Shown: piece by piece, positions 59,266-64,000 of the stretch
How positions within the stretch are numbered: position 1 is the stretch's first letter
How the letters are laid out: every line of letters begins with the position of its first letter
Source of the DNA: Candidatus Latescibacterota bacterium
GTDB taxonomy: Bacteria; Latescibacterota; UBA2968; UBA8231
Direction of reading: 5' to 3'
Assembly (NCBI GenBank): GCA_965206595.1
Contig: OZ242214.1
Location: forward strand, 3,168,001 to 3,232,000
Length of the DNA: 64,000 nt
Notes under the pieces: generated by a model
The model's database searches: none
Told to the model about the DNA's origin: nothing
What the model saw: the letters and a program-made list of their open reading frames with translations, nothing else
Made by a program: the position numbers and the translations under genes

Positions 59266-60720
59266 CTATGAATCAACGGGCGGCGGCGGATAGTGCAGGC
59301 CGCGTTGGCCGGAGAGGTTGCGGTCGGGACGGGGCGACCATTGCCGGTCGGGCAGGCCGACGAGCTGGCCGTCTTCGACCCAGGCTTCGTCGCCGCCGTA
59401 GAGTTCCCCGGCGAGCCGCTCGCCGAGCCGGGCCTGTATTTCGGCGCAGCCGGGTGAACCGGCCAGGTCGTTGAGCTCGCCGGGATCGCTTTCGAGATCG
59501 AAGAGCTGGATGCGGTTGCCCACCGGATAGTAGATCAGCTTGTGCCGCCCCCCGTGGATCATGCGGTTGGCATTCGGACCTTCCCCCCATTCGCCATACA
59601 GGTACCTGCGCCGTTCCTCGCCGACCATCGACAGACCCTCGACCGTGCCGGGTATGTCGACGCCCGCCAGGTCGAGCAAGGTCGGCATGACATCCTGCCA
59701 GCCGACGAGGCGGTCGTCCAGGGTATGGTGCGGAACCCGCCCGTCCCGGCCTCCGAGCAGGATCATCGGCACGTTGGCCGACTGCTCGTGGAAGAGCCGC
59801 TTGGCCCAGAGGCCGTGGTTGCCGAGCATGTCGCCGTGGTCGGCCGTGAAGCAGATGACGGTATTGTCGAGCAGGCCCTCCTCGCGCAGGGTGCCGACGA
59901 CCACGCGGAGCTGGTGGTCGATCTGGGTGCAGAGCGCGTAGAAGGCGCGGCGGATGCGCAGGGCTTGCGGCCTCTCGAGGTGGACGTTTTCCCCCTGAAT
60001 TTCCTTGAGGGCATAGGGCAGACCATCGAAGTCGCGCGCCCAGGCGCCGTGGTGCGGCGCGTCGATATCGACGTCGCGGTAGAGGTCGAGGTAGCTCTGC
60101 AGGGGCACCAGCGGCGGGTGCGGGTGGCGGAAGGACAGGTACCAGAAGCCGGGCTTTGTCGGGTCGCGGCGCTTGATCATCCGGCTCATCCGGCGCGCCG
60201 CCCAGGTGGTGGGGTGGCAGTCCTCCGGCAAGTGCCAGGGGCGGAAGGAGTACTCGTTGTTGCTCATGCCGTGGGCGAAGCCCATGCCGGCGTGGCCCTT
60301 GTCCGCCAGGAAGAGATCGTAGTCGTCGACGGCCCCCAGGTTCGGCCGGCCCTCTTCGTCGAGGATCACGTCGTCGAAGCCGATGCGGTCGCGCTGGGGA
60401 AAGACGTGGAGCTTGCCGACGGCATACGCCTGGTAGCCGGCGTCGCGGAAGGTCTGCGCCACGGTCGGCAGGCCGGGCATGGGATCGGTCGTCTTGAAGA
60501 CCCGGTCGCCGTGGGTGCGCGGCGCAGTGCCCGTCATCAGGGTGCGGCGGGCGGGGATGCAGACCGGGCATTCGCTGTAGGCGTTGACGAAGCGGGTGCC
60601 GCTGCGAGCCAGCGCGTCGAGGGTGGGGGTGATGATGGCGGGATGGCCGGCTTCCCCCAGAAGGGACGCGGACCAATGGTCCGTGGTTATCAGCAGGACG
60701 TGCGGTCTGTCGTTTGCCAT
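59266..60720 (-). CDS. Cys-type (formylglycine) sulfatase
   Basis: LITTD, CIPAR, GKLH, HPH, ADHG. Confidence 0.92.
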   Translation of the reverse strand: MANDRPHVLLITTDHWSASLLGEAGHPAIITPTLDALARSGTRFVNAYSECPVCIPARRTLMTGTAPRTHGDRVFKTTDPMPGLPTVAQTFRDAGYQAYAVGKLHVFPQRDRIGFDDVILDEEGRPNLGAVDDYDLFLADKGHAGMGFAHGMSNNEYSFRPWHLPEDCHPTTWAARRMSRMIKRRDPTKPGFWYLSFRHPHPPLVPLQSYLDLYRDVDIDAPHHGAWARDFDGLPYALKEIQGENVHLERPQALRIRRAFYALCTQIDHQLRVVVGTLREEGLLDNTVICFTADHGDMLGNHGLWAKRLFHEQSANVPMILLGGRDGRVPHHTLDDRLVGWQDVMPTLLDLAGVDIPGTVEGLSMVGEERRRYLYGEWGEGPNANRMIHGGRHKLIYYPVGNRIQLFDLESDPGELNDLAGSPGCAEIQARLGERLAGELYGGDEAWVEDGQLVGLPDRQWSPRPDRNLSGQRGLHYPPPPVDS

Positions 60721-60818
60721 CGGCTTCTCCATAGCAAGGCCAGGCCTGTCGGATGCGCGGGACAGGCGGCCCCGGTCAGCCCGTTGATTTCCCCGACCTG
60801 GGTACCGGGCTGGTTGTT

Positions 60819-62597
60819 CTAGATGAGGGCCTCGTTGTATTGCAATTGATGCAGGCGGGCGTAGATGCCGTCCCGGGCCAGAAGCTCTTCGTGGCTGCCC
60901 TCTTCGCGCAACCGGCCCCGGTGCAGCACGAGGATCTTGTCGGCGCCGCGGATGGTGGACAGGCGGTGGGCGATGACGATGGAAGTGCGGTCGCGCATCA
61001 GCTTTTCCACGGCCTCCTGGATCCAGCCTTCGGTCTCGGTGTCGATGTGGGCGGTGGCTTCGTCTAGCACCAGGATGTCCGGGTCCGCGGCCAGGGCGCG
61101 GGCAAAGGACAGGAGCTGACGCTGCCCCCCGGACAGGGCGGCGCCGCGCTCCTGCACCTCGTGCCGGTAGGTGTCGGGCAGGCGCTCGATGAAGCGGTCG
61201 GCGTTGACATAGCGGGCCGCCTGTGCGACCGCTTCGTCCGACAGCCCGGGGGCACCGAAACGGATGTTGCCGGCAATGTCGCCGGCAAACAGAAAGACGT
61301 CCTGCTGCACCAGGCCGAAGCGGCGCCTGAGCGCTTCCACGTTCCACTCGCGAACGTCGATGCCGTCGACCAGGATCTGCCCCCGCTGAATCTCGTAAAA
61401 GCGGCACAGCAAGCTGACTATGGTGGTCTTGCCCGAACCGGTGGCCCCCACCAGGGCCAGGCTCTGCCCCGGCTCGGCGCGGAAGGAGACGTCGCGCAGG
61501 ACCCACTCTTCCCCTTCGTAGGCGAACCACACGCGGCGGAATTCGATGGCGCCGTCGACGCGCTCACGGGCCACGGGGCCGCCGGCCGGCTCCGGCTCGG
61601 CGTCCATCAGTTCGAAGATGCGCTCGGAGGAGGCCATGGCCACCTGCACCGTGGCGTATTCCTCGGCGAGGTTGCGGATGGGCATGAAGAAGCGGGGCAC
61701 GTATTGCAGCATGGCCACCAGAACGCCCCAGGCGATCTCCTCGCGCAGCACCTGGCCGACGCCGTACCACAGCACCAGCGCTGTCAGGCCGGCGCCGCAC
61801 ATTTCCATGAAGGGGAAGTAGGCCGAGTGGTAGCGGGTGCGCACCAGGCGGGCCTCGAGGTATTCGTCGGTGCCCTGGTGAAAGCGCCGGGCGCTGCGCG
61901 GCTCGCAGTTGAACAGCTTCACCACCTCTATTCCGGACAGGGTTTCCTGCAGATCGGCGCTGAAGCGGGCAAAGCGCGTGCGGGCCTGGCGGAAGGCGTG
62001 GAAGGTGCGGCTCTGCAACCACAGGGTGGCCCCGAAGGCCACCGGCAGAAAGGCGCAGGTGAGCAGGCCCAGCTCGAAATCGAGGTAGAAGAAGATGAAG
62101 AACAGGATCGAACCGACGGTGACGGTTTCCGTCACCAGGGAGACGGCGCCGTAGGTGAAGAACTCGTTGAGCGCCTCGACGTCGCTGGTATTGCGCGCCA
62201 TCAGCCGGCCGATGGGGGTGCGGTCGAAGAATTTGAGCGGCAGGCGCTGCAGGCAGGCGAAGATGTTCAGGCGCACGTCGCGCATCGTCCACTGGCCGAC
62301 CATGCTGGTGATCCAGCTCTGGGCGTAGCCGATGGCGAACTGAGCCACCAGCAGTCCGGCGAAGAGAAGGACGAGGCTGCCCAGACCGTCCAGGTTGCCC
62401 GGCACGATGTGCTCGTCGACGGCGATCTTGGTCAGCACCGGACCGGCCTGGCGGGCCAGCGAGGCGGCGAGGATGAGCAGCAAGGTCGAGACCGCCCAGG
62501 GCAGGTAGGGCCGCAGGAAACCGAGGAGCCTGGCCACCAAACGGAGGTCGATGGGCTTCTGGTCGATTTCCTGCTCGTCGCGGACGGCCGGCGGCAT
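60819..62597 (-). CDS. ABC exporter, fused TMD-NBD
   Basis: GATGSGKT, LSGGQRQ, LVLDEAT, IAHRL. Confidence 0.92.
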   Translation of the reverse strand: MPPAVRDEQEIDQKPIDLRLVARLLGFLRPYLPWAVSTLLLILAASLARQAGPVLTKIAVDEHIVPGNLDGLGSLVLLFAGLLVAQFAIGYAQSWITSMVGQWTMRDVRLNIFACLQRLPLKFFDRTPIGRLMARNTSDVEALNEFFTYGAVSLVTETVTVGSILFFIFFYLDFELGLLTCAFLPVAFGATLWLQSRTFHAFRQARTRFARFSADLQETLSGIEVVKLFNCEPRSARRFHQGTDEYLEARLVRTRYHSAYFPFMEMCGAGLTALVLWYGVGQVLREEIAWGVLVAMLQYVPRFFMPIRNLAEEYATVQVAMASSERIFELMDAEPEPAGGPVARERVDGAIEFRRVWFAYEGEEWVLRDVSFRAEPGQSLALVGATGSGKTTIVSLLCRFYEIQRGQILVDGIDVREWNVEALRRRFGLVQQDVFLFAGDIAGNIRFGAPGLSDEAVAQAARYVNADRFIERLPDTYRHEVQERGAALSGGQRQLLSFARALAADPDILVLDEATAHIDTETEGWIQEAVEKLMRDRTSIVIAHRLSTIRGADKILVLHRGRLREEGSHEELLARDGIYARLHQLQYNEALI

Positions 62598-64000
62598 CAG
62601 AGGTCGCCCAGTTCCTCGGTGAGGTGCTGGCGCCGGTACATCTCCGCGTAGAGGCCGTCGCGCGCGAGCAACTGGTCGTGGGTGCCCTCTTCGACGATGC
62701 GCCCTTCGTCGAGCACGATGATGCGGTCCGCGGCCATGACGGTGGAGACGCGGTGGGCGATGAGGATGGTGGTGCGCGCGGCCATGACGTCGCGCAGGCG
62801 TTCGAGGATCTGCTCTTCGGTGCGGGTATCGACGCTGGCCAGGGCATCGTCGAGGATGAGGATCTTCGGTTGCCGCACGATCGAACGGGCCAGGGCGGTG
62901 CGCTGCTTCTGGCCGCCCGACAGGGTGACGCCGCGCTCGCCGACGACGGTCTCCAGCCCTTCGGGAAAGGTGTCGAGGTCCGCGGCCAGCTGGGCCACAT
63001 CGAGGGCGCGTTCGACCTCGTCGGCGGCCGCCGAGTCGAGGGCGATGTTGTCGCGGATGCTCTCGGAGAACAGGAAAGTGTCCTGGGGCACGTAGCCGAT
63101 GGCGTCGCGGAAGGCGCGCAGCGGCATCTGTTCGATCGGTTTGCCGTCGATGAGGACCTGGCCCTCGCCGGCCTGGATGAGGCGGGGGATGAGCCGGGCC
63201 AACGTGCTCTTTCCCGAGCCGACGCGGCCGACGATGGCCAGGGTGCTGCCGGCCGGAATGTGAACGTCTATGTCGCGCAGCACCGGTTGGCCGTCGTACG
63301 CAAAGAAGGCGCCGCGGAATTCGATTTCCCCTCTGATCGCCTGGCCGTCGTCCCGGTGATGATCGGCCTGGGGCTTTTCCTGGAGCACCGACTCGATGCG
63401 CAGCATCGAAGCCATGGCGCGCTGGTACTCGTCGACGATGCGGCCCATCATCATCATCGGGCGGCTGATACGGATCAGGTAGGCGTTGAAGGCGACGAAG
63501 GCCCCCAGGGTGAGTGTGCCCTCGACGACGCGAATTCCGCCCAGCCACAGGATGAACACCATGGACAGGCCGCTGAGGAGGAAGGTGAAGGGGAAGAACG
63601 TGCTGTAGAGGTAGATCAGGCGGCGGTTGCGTTCGACGTACTCGTCGTTGAGCCGGGCGAAGCGGTCGATCTCGCCGCGGCGGCGGGCGAACGCCTTGAC
63701 CACGCGCATGCCCGAGAGGTTCTCCTGCAGGCAGGTGCTGATGGCGGCGAACTGCTCCTGGACCATGCGGTAGCGCCGGCGCACCTTGCCGCCGACCAGG
63801 CGCAGGATCAGCGTCATGACGGGCATGGGCAACAAGGCGTAGAGGGTCAGCTGCCAGTCGTACAGGCACATGGCAACCATGCTGAAGCTGAAGCCGAGCA
63901 CGGCGCTCAGGAACATGCGGAAGCCGTGGCTCAGGTAGCGCTGCACGGCCTCGACGTCGTTGGTCGCCCGGGCCATCAGATCCCCGGTGCGGGCCTGCTG
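62597..64000 (-). CDS. ABC exporter, fused TMD-NBD (degenerate-site partner), 5' end outside window
   Basis: GRVGSGKS, LSGGQKQ, ILDDAL. Confidence 0.9.
   Translation of the reverse strand, partial: QQARTGDLMARATNDVEAVQRYLSHGFRMFLSAVLGFSFSMVAMCLYDWQLTLYALLPMPVMTLILRLVGGKVRRRYRMVQEQFAAISTCLQENLSGMRVVKAFARRRGEIDRFARLNDEYVERNRRLIYLYSTFFPFTFLLSGLSMVFILWLGGIRVVEGTLTLGAFVAFNAYLIRISRPMMMMGRIVDEYQRAMASMLRIESVLQEKPQADHHRDDGQAIRGEIEFRGAFFAYDGQPVLRDIDVHIPAGSTLAIVGRVGSGKSTLARLIPRLIQAGEGQVLIDGKPIEQMPLRAFRDAIGYVPQDTFLFSESIRDNIALDSAAADEVERALDVAQLAADLDTFPEGLETVVGERGVTLSGGQKQRTALARSIVRQPKILILDDALASVDTRTEEQILERLRDVMAARTTILIAHRVSTVMAADRIIVLDEGRIVEEGTHDQLLARDGLYAEMYRRQHLTEELGDL

Overview
High-GC bacterial chromosome window with several lower-GC accessory patches. 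The gene content (five PhyH-type dioxygenases, three Gfo/Idh/MocA oxidoreductases, two HpcH aldolases, a sulfatase, a WD40 protein with an FlgD-Ig-like tail, a TWGxIK-tailed secreted protein) suggests a Latescibacterota/Poribacteria-like organism; this is inference only. Main accessory blocks: (1) a decayed AAA_21 ATPase + DUF4276 pair (0.6-2.3 kb); (2) a defence island (16.3-31.2 kb) with phd/vapC, a PLD-SNF2 helicase, higBA, a type IIG/Eco57I-like RM enzyme, an XRE-kinase-TPR operon and an orphan PtuA-like ATPase; (3) a truncated Abi/DRT-like reverse transcriptase next to a stack of IS5, IS1595, IS630 and ISL3 relics (40.1-44.3 kb); (4) a CotH-DUF4956-HlyD-TolC-VTC-CotH cluster (44.3-52.7 kb). 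The best candidate for an undescribed system lies directly behind the RM gene: a diverged duplicate of the RM enzyme's N-terminal domain that joins a sigma-70 factor across an A8 run. No rRNA, tRNA or CRISPR array was seen. Family calls come from motif recognition, not database searches. Several frameshifts could be assembly errors.
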